DNA of 61,619 bases, filler included, from Platydemus manokwari (taxonomy: Eukaryota): the NCBI GenBank assembly GCA_037951405.1. It is 5 parts of 5 records of this genome, joined end to end, with 100 filler letters (N's around TTAATTAATTAA, not from the genome) between each part and the next. Parts side by side here need not be neighbours in the genome. Positions count along the whole stretch, not along the records: positions 1 to 9,120 come from JBBMOY011296428.1; positions 9,221 to 23,927 come from JBBMOY011409200.1; 3 more parts are not named here. One strand, written 5' to 3'. This document shows positions 1 through 13,200 of this stretch, one piece after another. How positions within the stretch are numbered: position 1 is the first letter of the stretch; every line of letters begins with the position of its first letter. A program made the translations under genes and the position numbers. The notes beneath the pieces were generated by a model, which saw only the letters and a list, made by a program, of their open reading frames with translations, ran no database searches and had not been told where the DNA came from.

Positions 1-274
1 CAAATCGATTTCGACCCTGAGGATTTGAAAATGAATTAATTTTTTAACGATTTATTTCAGATTTTACATAAAATAATAGAAATTAAATGGGTTAAAAATA
101 TAAATCATTTGGCTTAGGACCAACTTTCATATATTTAAAATGAAATTCTTTAAAATGATATTTGAAATTTGCTGAATCCAATAAGACTAATGAAGAATTG
201 TCATTGAATTTGCTGGTAACCTCATTTATTCTTATTTGAATTTCAAACCTATGGTTAACAACCTGAAAAAAATT

Positions 275-1280
275 CAATCTACTGGAAGCCACATTTCGAC
301 AAATTCAAGAGACGGGTCTGAAATTGAATCTGGAAAAGTGTACACTAATCAAAAATGAAGTAACGTTTTTAGACGGAAACCAAATAATTAGCCCAGATAC
401 AAATAAAATAGGAGATAATACAGAGAATTTCGGAAGCACAGCATAAAGTGGAGAAATTTAGATTTCTAAATGATGTTTTAATTCCAAATAGATCAGAATT
501 CTGGAAAAAAACTTTCACTTTCAAACATTAAAGATAAGCTGAAGGTGGTTGACAATACGTTGATGCTTGAGAAAGAAAATGGTATAGCTGCTTTGATACC
601 GAAAATTTTTACCGCTCAATTTGTCAAGACAATTCACGAAGAGCTCTGCCATTGAGGCTCAAAGAAAACCTTCGCATATTTGATTGACAGTTTTAATTGG
701 CCAGACATGTTCAACTCCATCAAAGAGATACTGAAAGAATGTATTATCTGTACAAAGCGAAAAGTTGATCAATCTAGAACTAAGGAGTTTCTACTCCCTT
801 GGTTAGGCTCAGAATTCGAGATCAAATTGTGGTGCACATTGTTCAAATGGACACAATGCTTAGTAGTAAGAAGTATCTAGTAGTAATTATAGACAGATTC
901 GGCAGACTAATGTGCCTCACTGCTACATCTTAGCAAGACGAAAAGACAATATTCCAGATCATTTGGATTTCATGTATTTATCGTTTTTAGAAAACCAAAG
1001 AGCATTCTATCTGATTACGGCAAACAATTTGGAGTCAAATTTATGAAAGAAGCGTGTTCAAAATAAGGAATCAAATACGAATCCAGCTCACTATACCAGA
1101 ATAAATCGAACGGGTTAGCGGAAAGAATCATCAGGAAGGAACGAGATATGACAACAGCTTCTTTAAAGGATAAGAGCCCTAAGAAAAATTAAGCTGAACT
1201 TTTGCAAGGATAGAGTTTTGCATCACGCAACATATTAATCAACACTGAAGTTATCGCCTTTCGAGGTAATCTACGAAGAA
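275..1280 (+). mobile_element. Degenerate Ty3/Gypsy pol remnant (RT C-terminus plus integrase)
   Basis: Broken frames give LLEATFRQIQETGLKLNLEKCTLIKNEVTFL (RT), IHEELCH*G...FNWPDM...ECIICTKRK (HHCC zinc domain), KYLVVIIDRF, PKSILSDYGKQF, SNGLAERIIR (DDE core) and LSPFEVIY. Many stops and frameshifts. Confidence 0.9.
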
Positions 1281-2016
1281 TATGGTATTAATTAAGAAAC
1301 AAAAAAATTGATAAAAATTGACTTTGTTTAAATAAAATAAATTTTCTTTAATGTGGTAATTGTAAAACGATGCCATCGTTGAATTAGAAAGTTAATATAC
1401 AAATTACTTAAATTTTATTCGAAATTATTATTAGATTTAAACTTATACATCTAAAACTACAAAAAAACATATATATTTAGATAAAGATTAAAATACTGAT
1501 TATTATAAGTAGTGAATATTTAATTAAATAATTTAAAGTAGAAAACCATTTATATTATAAAAATGTACGTAAATGTTCTTTTTAAAGGTGGACATATTGG
1601 CCTAAAATTCTAATGATTTTTAATAGAGTAGTATCAATTTGTTTCTGAGTATAGTGAGAATATAATTTTAATATTCTTTTAAAATATTTTTTAAAATTAT
1701 ATAATACTGTGTTGTTTAATAAGATAAGATAAAATTTTGAATATGAATTTATATTTATGGATGGCTTTTAAATAATTATAATTAGCAATACTTTTGAAAT
1801 TATTTATTGAAACATATTTGTTTCAATTTGTATAGAATTTTATAAAAAATAATTGTAATTTAGAAAATAACTAAGTTATATTAGTTGATAAATTTAATTA
1901 ACATGTGAAAATTGTCAACACGCCGAATCTGGACACTACGTTCTTCTTATAAACATACTATTAAGAGGCTAAGCAATGTAATACGTTTTATCACTTTCAA
2001 TATCTCTCAATGTTAT

Positions 2017-3140
2017 AGTTAGATAAAAAATGAGATTTGCTAATATATTAAAAAACGCATGATTTTTAAAATAAAAATAAAATACTGATTAAAACAGCTT
2101 GTGTCTTTATTGGCGACCACACTGAAATTAACGCTTTGATCAGAGCTAAAAGAGAAGAGAAGCAGAAAGGTTTTGCAAATCTACCATTAAAAAATCAGGA
2201 ATTATTAATTCTAAAACCGTCATTCTTCGATTTATGAATCCAAAATGCTGAGAAAAAAGATTTCGCGACCTTTAATCAAATGAAACTATCATTTGCATTT
2301 GACACGCTTCTGAGAGATGAACCCACAAAACAAGAATTCAGTAGTTTCAAAGATGCTGTTTCAAATGAAGAAATTGAAAAATGGTTTTTAGAAACATTTT
2401 CACAGGTCAAAACAGTTTACGACAAGGTTCAGGATGCAACAAAGACCAGGTGAAAAATATCGCAGTTTTGAACTTTCGGAAAAAAGCTAGTTTCGGAGAT
2501 GTTTTTATTCTGCAAGAGCTAAATACCAAGAATTTAAAAGAGTCATTTACCCTCGACCCTACAATGTCCGTCGATAGAAGAAGAGACTAAGCTGTCAATT
2601 TTGAGCAGGTAACTACGACTATGACCAAAAACGCCATCAAGAAAACATATACTCAGTCAGTATTTCAAAGTTACCAAGAAAGACTTTTCAGAAGCAGACT
2701 TAGTTCAAAAAGCCAAGTCCAATCATGCAAGAAAAAGATTTAGGTGTAAAGGAATATTATCGAGAACAAATTAATCGCATTGAATCTCCAAACAATGATT
2801 GACTAGAAAGATCAATGAAGCTATTGACTCTAAATTTTACAACGACTGTAGATGAAAACCTACACTACATGGTAATTATTTTAAACTAGGAGCTTGCTTT
2901 TTCTGTAGTGAGCTTAGACACCGGAAAATCGTTCAGAATTTTCAAATTTTTAAGCTCACATCAAGTACTTCTTAATTTCCAGGGACAACCAAAGCCTCAT
3001 GGAATTGAGTGGCTAAAAAGGATCTCAAAAACAACGGGAGAGGAAAGTTAGATAAAAATGAAATTTGCTTTAATATAATAAAGGCGTGTGATTTTTAAAA
3101 TAAAAATAATATATTGATGGAAGCAACCTGTGTCTTTACT
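2017..3140 (+). mobile_element. Complete miniature non-autonomous LTR element (95-bp LTRs, decayed gag)
   Basis: LTRs at 2017-2111 and 3046-3140 (AGTTAGAT...GTGTCTTTA(T/C)T). PBS TGGCGACCAC at 2111-2120. PPT GGGAGAGGAA at 3036-3045. Perfect 5-bp TSD GTTAT (2012-2016 and 3141-3145). Partial knuckle CFFCSELRH at ~2895. Confidence 0.88.
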
Positions 3141-4014
3141 GTTATTTATGCAAAATGATAGTCTGTGCTTAAAAAAGAACTTTATGAAAAGATCTTTCCT
3201 TATTTAAAATAATTACACGGGATCTTACGGTGAAATTGTAAGGTCTAAAATGAAGATTTATTAGAAAACAAAAATAGTTATTATAAATATTTAGCTGAAT
3301 GATCCAAAATCAAATGATTAGAATGTATTTAAGAATAACTATTATATCATTGAAATGATTGTACTTAAAACAGCAAACATTTATTTTTAATTATTCATTT
3401 CAAATCCCTAAACAATCTGTACTACAATTTTTTTTCTACAAACAAATTTTAAAATTATTTATATAAAGTATTTGTGATGGAGAGTGATTAACTTAATTAT
3501 AGTTTTCCCAGAAATTATTCCGAAATAAATTCCAATTAACAGATTTTACAAAATACATAGTTAAATTTAATTTAACTGATCAGATAATCGTCTATATAGT
3601 CAATCAAAATTCATGGTTTATCATAATCAAACATAAAATTATGAGAAAATACTAAACCTTATGCTTTACAAATGATAAATATAAATGTAAAAGTTCTGCA
3701 AAATCACTTCTAATCCAACATTTTCAGATCTCTAGAATTCAAGTAATTATTATAAAATAAAAGAAATTCAATCGAAACAGGTGAATAATATTCTGAATCT
3801 GTGAAATCAATAAATAGCAAACATTTTTTATTCAATGACACATGATTACAAAAATATTTTGTTCTTTCATGAATTTTGCAATGTGAACAAAATGACTTGC
3901 AATAAAATAACTAGAAATTTCACGAATAAAACCAGAAATATTGTTAAATCTAAAGAACATTGGTGCAAAATACAAGATAACTCTATTTATAAAAGTAACA
4001 CAAAATGCATTCTT

Positions 4015-5076
4015 TCAATGATGTCGCTTTTTATTATAAGATTTTATTAGTAACGGGATAAAGTTGACATTTAAAGAACTTATATAAATAATCATTGAGG
4101 CAATGCCACAGTTCTTTAGGAATTCTGTCATGGATTTACCTTCAAAATAAGTAGAAGCAAAGGATAAGGTTACAGAATTAGTAATTAAAATGAATGATAT
4201 CATAGATAATGTAAATATCTCGAAACAAGATTTAATCTCAGAAGTTCGACGAATATTTTTTTCATTGTGTTGATTAGGCGTAAATTTTTTGAAATATTTT
4301 GAATTATTTACCAGAGCATGTATTAAAACAAGATTGATTATCAAATGGATGAAAATCCAAATGAGTCCAAGTGGATGAAAAAGTAAGACATAATAATTGT
4401 AAATGTTAATGAACTTATGATCAAAAATTGCCAGATAAGCAAATTTCCTAGAACGAGTGACATATTCTCTATTAAACACGATCCAATGTGGAACAGAAAA
4501 AATCACATTCAATAATATTGAACTAATAAGAGTGATAAATGATATTTTAATACCCCATAATCGATTTCGGAGTGACATTTTGATTGCCAAGCACCTGTCG
4601 ATTCCACAAATTAATAAAACTATTAAAGACATCTGGTTCCAGAAATAAAACAATGTGTATCTAATTTTACAAAGCAAATCACTTGCAGATTCCATAAACC
4701 AATAATATTTACCTTCCGATATCACAGGAAGTGCCATACAAGGGAAATAAATAAGCCAAATACAAACAATATTAGTCAATATATCTGAGACAGCTAAAGC
4801 TATCATGTACACTTTATGTTTGTTAAATTGACACAATCTACATAATTGATAAATAAATAAGCCATTTACAGCCAATCCAACAATAGTCATTGTAGTGCTG
4901 AAATAACCAATCATGAACGCAATAAATTCATTAAAATTACAAGATAAAACATCATCTGAAGTATAATTATATAATTTTGATCTTACCACAGCACAATCAA
5001 TTATATAAGTATACTGATTCACGTATTCGAGACTTCTCCTTTGACCATTAAAAATGTCTTTGTATTTCTGCGACAT
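4015..5076 (-). CDS. Intronless rhodopsin-family (class A) orphan GPCR, 353 aa, resembling flatworm-expanded peptide-receptor-like (PROF1/Rho-L-type) receptors
   Basis: Seven hydrophobic segments; TM1 GLAVN, TM2 LAVSD, Cys before TM3 (LLCK), DRC motif, TM7 NVNF. Intact ORF. Confidence 0.9.
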   Translation of the reverse strand: MSQKYKDIFNGQRRSLEYVNQYTYIIDCAVVRSKLYNYTSDDVLSCNFNEFIAFMIGYFSTTMTIVGLAVNGLFIYQLCRLCQFNKHKVYMIALAVSDILTNIVCIWLIYFPCMALPVISEGKYYWFMESASDLLCKIRYTLFYFWNQMSLIVLLICGIDRCLAIKMSLRNRLWGIKISFITLISSILLNVIFSVPHWIVFNREYVTRSRKFAYLAIFDHKFINIYNYYVLLFHPLGLIWIFIHLIINLVLIHALVNNSKYFKKFTPNQHNEKNIRRTSEIKSCFEIFTLSMISFILITNSVTLSFASTYFEGKSMTEFLKNCGIASMIIYISSLNVNFIPLLIKSYNKKRHH

Positions 5077-5109
5077 GAAAAATATAAAATTATAAGATTT
5101 TTCACGACA

Positions 5110-5116
5110 TTATATA
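5110..5116 (-). promoter_or_regulatory. Candidate TATA box of the GPCR
   Basis: TATATAA on the minus strand 34-40 nt upstream of the ATG at 5076. The AT-rich background lowers specificity. Confidence 0.3.
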
Positions 5117-6376
5117 GCGACATTGATTAGCAATCTCAGCAAATCAAAAATGCTGATGCAAATTCCGTGAATATTTGATTTGAAATTTCGACAAAAATGT
5201 TGTTTACAAAAATGTTGTCATTGGTTGTAAGTTCTTAGTATATTGTTTCAATAAACCAGTATAATACTGACTGAATGAAATTCTATTTCGTTAAATTGGG
5301 CAAAAATTTGAAATCCAATAGATACCAGACAATGCTTTTATATATTAATAAAAACATTTAAAGAATAAACAATTTATCAGATCATATTTTGATGAAAATT
5401 TGTAATTTTATAAAATTGACATTTTTCTTTTCTTCACATATTCAGTCCTTCTTTTTTTACATAAATGTTTTCTTTAAATATTTTTATTATATTATCAAAT
5501 TATTGAAGACCCATGTACTAAATAGAGCAAATAAATGTATCACTCTCTGAGTTTTATTAGGTTTCACTCAGAATTTTAATCGAACGCGAATTGTAAAAAA
5601 TTCTTTTCTAGTAGAATCTATGTTTAAGCAGTTTTCTTTTAAAATATTTGCAGATATTTTATCCGATAGATATTTAAATCGTTTCACCAATACAGCGTAT
5701 TCGGGTTAAAAATTTTCATTTAGAAAGTTTCTTTGACTGAGTGAGTTTTTGAAGTCTTTATATTTATCACAGAGAAAATGAGACAGTTCAGTAATGCAGT
5801 TAATAGCTTTCTTTTATTCATATTTTATTGTAATATTTTTAGTTTAGCTCAAATAATTCTGTATATCGATATATTTGTAAAAAATCTGATGAGTTTAACT
5901 AATATTTTGACGAGACATACAAATGAATTCTAATAAAAACTAAATATTTCAAATGTTTTATTTCCAGAATTTCCATATATTTGATTTATTTTGTTAATTG
6001 CTGTTTATTGAGGTATAAACTTTCTATAAATGAATTTGTTAAGATAAAAAAACTCTGGAAAACGATTTTTATGCTTAAAACTTTTTAATGTTTATTGCAA
6101 TTATTTTTTTGTTAGTGTTTCTCTAAAACAAAATGTTTGTTAAAATAATTTCAAAAATATGACGCTATTTACTTAATTAAACTACTGCAGGGACATATGT
6201 ATCCCAAGGCATTTTTTCAAAAACCATATTTTCTAAAAATCTGAAATTATGTAAATATGTTCTTTTATTTATTTGCAGCACATATAGTTCAGTTATACAA
6301 AAATATTTTCATTGGCCAAAAATCGTATTGAAAGGGTTAAAGACAGTCATTTTCACAGCACTTTTCTAATACTTAC

Positions 6377-8578
6377 TTGAATAAGATTTTCCATTAGAAC
6401 TTGTTCCTTGGGCATTTTCTTTACTTTCCCAGTTGATAATGTAGACGAAATAGACTTAGTACAAATATTTCAAAGTGTATAAATAGAAAATGTACCTTAA
6501 CAATTTCTTCCAAAGTGTTTTTCGAATCATCAACAGCTAAAATATATTTATTAGATGGTTTGCTGTCGACAATATTTTGTATGATCCTTAATTAATTTTA
6601 TATGAATAATATCACTTTAAAATGATTCTTCTTTAAAACTTTTATTTTTCACAGATCTCAATAAAATATTATTTAATAATTTCTAATAATAATTTTAAAA
6701 CACAATTGTTCAAAAGAGATTAATAATTGTTAAAATAAATTAAAAATCAAATCAAATTTTACCTCTAATTCCAATTAGGATTGTCTTAATATTTTGAATA
6801 GTATCGATTTAATGTTTTTTAGTGATTTGAAAGAAATAAGATGTTACGGGCTATTTTCATTTTGTAAAATTATGGTATAAAAATTTTGTTTTTTTTTTAA
6901 TTTAGAATATATGATGGACAATAAAATATGATGGTAAATCCAAATATGTGTTTAGATATTGTATAGTGTACATACTTTGGAATAAAAAACTAACACTAAC
7001 AATGATAAAAGTGCGGACACTCTACAAAGCAAATGAAAATAAAAATTTTAAACTAAAGTTAGAAAAAATGAATGCTTTTAAATAGCATTTTATCTTTATA
7101 CAGAAGCTGTTAATGAAATCAAATGAAATGTTTCACAAACAGTTGTGAAGTTGCTATTTATCGACGAAGTTAATGCAGTTCAAGGAATCAGTTACTCATA
7201 CGTACGTGGTCAAATCAAACTATGAATAAAAATAATAACTGAATAACATATTCACTAATAAACGAAAATATTAATCAGGGATTCTGAAGAACAAATACCA
7301 GAAAGTTATAATCATTGTAATCCGAGATGAAAGAAAGAACCTAGATATGAGATTATGAGCTAGTAAAAGTGGTCATCTTAGAAGCCTCAGGGGGAGCAAA
7401 TATTTAATTAGTACACATGGATGTGACTTGCAGATAATGAACATTCTACAAGATATTTTTTAGGAGTCAAATCCCATTTTAATAAATATAAAATAATAGT
7501 AATTTGAACATTACAAGAAGAATTGTGTTGTACCAGAAGAGAGAATGAAAATTGGTGATGATTATTAATGAAAATTTATAAATTTGTCAAAATTATTAAA
7601 ATTCTTGAACAAAAATATTCTACCCAGCCAAATCTTTGACATGGATTGTTGGGATTACATTTGTTCCATTATCATAAATTGTTAATTCTTCCCCATTAGT
7701 CCATGATTGCTATTAAATTAATTTAATTTAATTAAACATTTCAAATTCTTACTTTAAAAAATTCATGAAATATATGCTGCTCTTCACCGTATAGAATTCC
7801 AGATGCCACGACATACATTTTAATCTTCGATTTATGCTAAATTTTCACTAAGTTGATAATACTTTAGTTGAGTTACGAGTACCTTTTTTCCTAATTTTAA
7901 AATTTCCTTTTCAGCATTGAAGTGTTCTTTAAAATTAGGATGTGGTTTGCGACGTCTAAAATCTTCTTCATTTAATATTGCCTCTGTATCATCCTATAAA
8001 GATAATAAATTATCAACTTAAAATCTATTTGGACTTGATCAGCTGATTTTGTTTTAGCCCATGTCATAACAGAACTAAGGAGAATAAATATTTTTTCTTT
8101 TTCTAACAAGCGAAAGTTGTCATGAAGAGCATTAGCAACCCAAAGAGCTTCTTCGATTTGATTAACATCTTCCATTATATCGTAAATAATAACATCAGAT
8201 TCAACTAGATGTTCAAAAAATTCTTCTCGAGTGTCATACTAAACAAATTAATATGAAAAGATATTCTTTTGTTGTTTACTTTTAAAATAGCTTTAACAGA
8301 ATTTGGCTTTTTAGAATTTTTATGTTTTAGTGTTCCGTGTATTTCAAAACAAGCATCTAAATTCCTTTTTACAATAAATCCTTCAATTTCGCCAGCAGCT
8401 TCTTCTTCTTCTGGCTCATCGTCATCCAAAGTAGAACCAACAACCGACAAGCTCAAGTACTAGTTTTTACAATAACTTTTTAAAACAATTAAAAAATTAC
8501 ATTTGCCAAATTTAAACCAGTAAATCTTTCAACGTGGTTAATAAAAATTCTTTTACCTTCAAGATTTAACTCACTCAT
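6377..8578 (-). CDS. AK7: Adenylate kinase 7, 5' part. Exons 8578-8501, 8459-8280, 8238-8035, 7993-7883, 7836-7753, 7709-7624, 6586-6496, 6454-6377. No further exons found in the window.
   Basis: All joins are GT-AG and in frame: [118 protein letters not shown], matching the AK7 N-terminal Rossmann-like region. Confidence 0.95.
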
Positions 8579-8889
8579 ACTAAAAATTAAATAATCACTA
8601 AAATATAACCATAGAAGTCACTATTATAACAAATAAATGTATTTCTTTGCGTAAAATTAACATGAATTATTTAATCTAAAATTAAATAGAATTACATGCT
8701 CCGTAATAATTTTTTATAAATTAGCTTAAATTTTGAACACAATTGTAAAAAATTTCAGGAATAAATTTTGAGAATGTGATTTATCGTAAAAAGTTGTATT
8801 ATTTTGAAATTTTAATAAGGTTAATAAAATCATTCATGATAACTTCAAATAAATTTAATTTTGTATTTGAAATATTTAATTTACTTAAA

Positions 8890-8910
8890 ATGGCAACCAG
8901 GTTTAGTAAC
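8890..8910. promoter_or_regulatory. RFX X-box-like half sites upstream of AK7
   Basis: ATGGCAAC and GTTTAGTAAC about 310-330 nt upstream of the ATG. RFX factors regulate motile-cilia genes. Confidence 0.35.
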
Positions 8911-9120
8911 AAACGTCAGTGTTAGCAGAAAATTTCTGACAAATTAAGTTACTGACGCATTAACTTTTACCAAAAAAGACTAAGCTGACAAAATCTTTTA
9001 TACTAACAAATCAATGGACCTCAAATATAATATCAAAACACAGTGCCATAGCACAAATTCCTGCTGAATTATAATTATAATTTATACGTGTAATTTTAAT
9101 TACTACTGTACTATCAAGAA

Positions 9121-9220
9121 NNNNNNNNNNNNNNNNNNNNNNNNNNNNNNNNNNNNNNNNNNNNTTAATTAATTAANNNNNNNNNNNNNNNNNNNNNNNN
9201 NNNNNNNNNNNNNNNNNNNN
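9121..9220. other. Assembly spacer N44-TTAATTAATTAA-N44
   Basis: Fixed 100-nt spacer with a six-frame stop linker; artificial. Confidence 0.97.
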
Positions 9221-9232
9221 ATAATAATAATC

Positions 9233-9299
<67 letters not shown>

Positions 9300-9300
9300 T
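9221..9300. repeat. (AAT)n microsatellite
   Basis: Directly visible; abuts the gap. Confidence 0.97.
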
Positions 9301-9325
9301 AGTAGTACTGATAAATTAAACTAAC

Positions 9326-10294
9326 AGAATCTGAATTTGTTTCCGTGGATTGTGTTCCAGTTCAAAGATCGGTCGAGGTGATTCAATGGGTTTATCACCG
9401 GTTTTAACGATATCCATGTAATATTTGTAAGGAAATATTGATTTCAAGCTCTGCTTTTGTTCCGACTCTTCAGAATCCCGATTTTCATTTGGAATAAGCT
9501 CTCTAAACGATGGCGGTGGTCCATACCATCCTTCGACAAGTTTTTTCAACCTACTGGCTTGATTATCTAATCAAAAAGGACAAAAGGAAAAAAGGCATAT
9601 CAAAATCAGTGATATTGAACTCGATTTCAATCAAACCATCTTCTGTGATATCATAAGCCAAATATTGTGCCGTACTCTGCGATACCAATGACAGCAGGTA
9701 TTCATCCCAATACTTCTTGCCATTCTCGTGTATCGAAATATTCGATGGATTATCGATCGATTCCTCATATTCTGCAGAATATGCACATTGATTCATAAAT
9801 TGAACAACAATGATTTCTACTTTGAACTTTTATCTGAGACAATTTTAGCTTCGGTTTTACATTTTTAATCTCATCACTATTGGAGTGGCACTTATGGGAG
9901 TCATGTATGCCCGGTGTTGGTTGAAAGAGTTTGTTCTGTACTTTCTAGTGATCAACTAGGTAAATATGGTAAATATTCCACATATATGTCATACTTTATT
10001 AGGTGTCGCTCTAAATTTGTAGAGGGAATCGTAAAACCTATCGTGGTAAGGGAGCATATGGACACATCTCTCCGCTACTACATCATAGGAAAATTTAAAT
10101 TTATCGGCCAATGAATATAAATTGTTTTGATCTTTTTTGTGAGTATTTATGAGCATGTCATTTCGAACATCAGGTTGTGAATTTAGTGCTATTGGTTTCA
10201 ACAATTGATTTTTCTTCTGAATTGACAAATTGGTGACATTAAAAAGATCCAAGTTAACTTTGCTTGAATGCTGTCGTTCTTTATTGAGTTTCAT
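9326..10294 (-). CDS. HEATR4: HEAT repeat-containing protein 4-like, 5' part. Exons 10294-9995, 9944-9821, 9771-9637, 9566-9326; truncated by the gap.
   Basis: In-frame GT-AG joins with introns of 50, 49 and 70 nt. LADKFKFSYDVVAERCVHMLPY...YDSLY and KYWDEYLLSLVSQSTAQY resemble recalled HEATR4 N-terminal blocks. The exon structure is firmer than the name. Confidence 0.65.
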
Positions 10295-13200
10295 GATGTT
10301 AAGAACAATAAATAAATAACATAATTAATAATTTTAAAAAATTAATTTCAAAAGTTGCTTGTTAAATTCTATAGTATTAATTTATTTGCAACAACTAAAC
10401 AAACTTATTTTAAAATGAATTTAATTTAAATTATTATTAATTAAATTACTTACATGCCAGTAAATCAGGACACAATTAAATCAAAAAAGAATTTAAATCA
10501 CTGTTTATTTTTTAAGTTATTTATTTAAAAATATATTTCAAGAAAAAATTATTATTGAATTACATAATAATTACATTTAACAAATGGTTGGTTAATAATA
10601 AAATATATGTCATAATAATCATGTGAAGGGCTCAATTACCAAATATGATATATAAAAATACGAAAGGTTCCCTGAACAATTCAACATTTACAAAAATACA
10701 AATTGAAGGTAGTCACAATTAAAAAGAAGTTGCAAAATGATGAATAAAGATGAGTTCAAGGAAAAGAACACCAATAATGTGTTAAATATGTAAGTAGATC
10801 GATTAGTACATCAGTGAGATGAATACATAAGCTAGAAAATTGTATTTAAAGAGTATAGAAACTGAAGAAATCGAATAAGAAATTATGTTTTAAGGATATA
10901 GTATTAGACTTTGCAACAAATGTAGCTGCAAAGTGGTAAATGTATTTCAATCATTAACATTTCCTTTGGTTAATGTAGCCCAAATGGTACTATTTGTTAC
11001 GTTGTGATGGCAGCCTGTTGAAATTTCTTAACTGGTATTTTCAAAATAAATAGTTGGATTGAGTTCTCGTTTATAAACCACTAACAGTTATTGAGTAAGA
11101 GTTTGTAATATTTGTGATAATTTTTATTGTATAAATTGTAATAATAAATAAATCTTTAATACCAGAAATTATTAGTGCGAACCAATATAAGGAATATATA
11201 TCAGAATATAGATCGGACTCAGTTCCAAACTTAAAAATCAACAATAACTCTTATAATTTTATAATTTTTTAAAATTTTTTTTACTTTTTTCATTTCAAGA
11301 AATTTTTGAAATGTGTATTCAAGTCTATTCTCAAAAAACACTCATATTAGAAATTACAAACGATAATCAACTGATTCAGTTGTTAACAATCCATGCATAA
11401 ATAGCTTCTATTCACTAAAGTTATAATATGTGTTTCGCCTGCCTTTTGTATGATTTCTCGAGATGATTAATATTGATGAAAATAATAATTTGTGTTGAAT
11501 TTTATTGAAGTAATGCGATTAAACTATACACGGAAAAATTAAACACGTGGAGAAGTTATAGGATTCTTCAAAATGTTAAATTTTATATTCAGAATAATCT
11601 AAGACAATAGTAAGGTAATTCTTCTGTGATAGCTGGTCGACAATAAAAAATTATGAATCGTATCGAAGGAATTAGTCTAGCATTTAAAAGAGATTTTCTC
11701 ACGTGCCCGACACAATTTTCCTAGTGGGTATTGTAAGCTGCAAAAGAACCTTCGCAAATTAAGATCACAATCAATTATTTGAGACAAACAATGAGTTATC
11801 TGAATTCAGAAGTTCATTTTAAATCATACACTAAAATGGAATTAGTAAAACAAATTGATTCTAATGATACCATCCATGAACTTTGAAATGAAAAAGATAG
11901 CATTCTAGAATAAAGATTTTTCACTTTTTCTTGGTGACACAAATTTATAAGAAAGAATTTTTATTTTTCAAAATAAATTATTTCAATATTTTCCTGGCTT
12001 GTCTATTTTTCTTTATTATTTTGTTTTAATTATTTTTTAATTTTTTGTCTATATACGTAATTATATACGCATAAATAACTTGACACATTAATATATCTAT
12101 ATATTGATGGAATTTGTGTTGTTGCAATTTGTGTGTTGTCATGACTGTAGTGTTTAATTTATTTTTATTTTGTTTGTGTTTCTATTTACCGTAAATATTT
12201 TCTGTTTGCCGTAATTTATATTCTTGATTTAGATTAAAATTTTGAGTACTTGTTTTATTTGCCATATGATTTGAAGTATTTTCACGTTATTAATTTAATA
12301 TGAGCTAAATTTTTTGTTATTTCATTTCTCAAGTTGTTTCAGTAACCAATTCAAATTATAATATTGATTATTTCATATTGAATTGACTATTAAAAATCGA
12401 TAATATCAAGTTGATTATTATGAATTGATTAATTTGTAATTTGATTTGGAACTTTCATAATATCGATTGTTGAATTGAAAATTGATTAATTGAATCTATT
12501 GAGAATCTCACAAACTCTTGAATCCATTACAATTCATTATCTCATATGACTACTATTACTGATAACTGTTCATGTGTGTCGTGTCTTGCTTAAGTATCCT
12601 ACAATATTTAAGTACACTACTGAGTTCCATGAATTCAAGCTGTCAAAGTCAACAGATATTTGAATTACCTGTGCTGCTTAGTTTTTTCAATTTCAATTTT
12701 TTGATTTCCGTAGTAAATTAAATAGATTTAATATTCGATTCGCACTTGTATCGATTTTTAAAGTTAATTTTCTCCGATCTTTGATTTTATAATTTTTAGC
12801 AAAATATTACTTTTCATTGGACAATATTAGAGATATAGCACAGTTAGCACTATTCTAAAAGTAATTTTTGATAATTAACTGTAGGAATTCATTAAGAATC
12901 CACATGAATAAATCAATAATATTATAAATGTTATTTGGATAAAATTACATCACGTTAGATGGTGTTACTAAAAATAGATATTGATATTTGACCAACAATT
13001 CTGAAATATTCAAAATTCTAAAACTGTTACAAAAGTGCGCTACTACAATCGAAGTGTCCTAAATAAAAATAAATCAATTTTTTAATAAAATAAATCGTTT
13101 AGTAATGAGTTCAGAATTTCGAAAATTCTTTCTAATCTGTTCATCTCAGTTATCAGACTAATGATATAGCCTTTAAACAACATTTAAACAAAACAGATAA

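Noticed and set aside
92-292. 66-aa minus ORF as the next AK7 exon
   Set aside because: It does not match the expected AK7 continuation (LL.NL.ME...W...G..EN, then GPP..GK) and partly overlaps the RT remnant.
6177-6339. piggyBac-like end AGGGTTAA (also TTAACCCC at ~46528)
   Set aside because: No matching opposite TIR identified.
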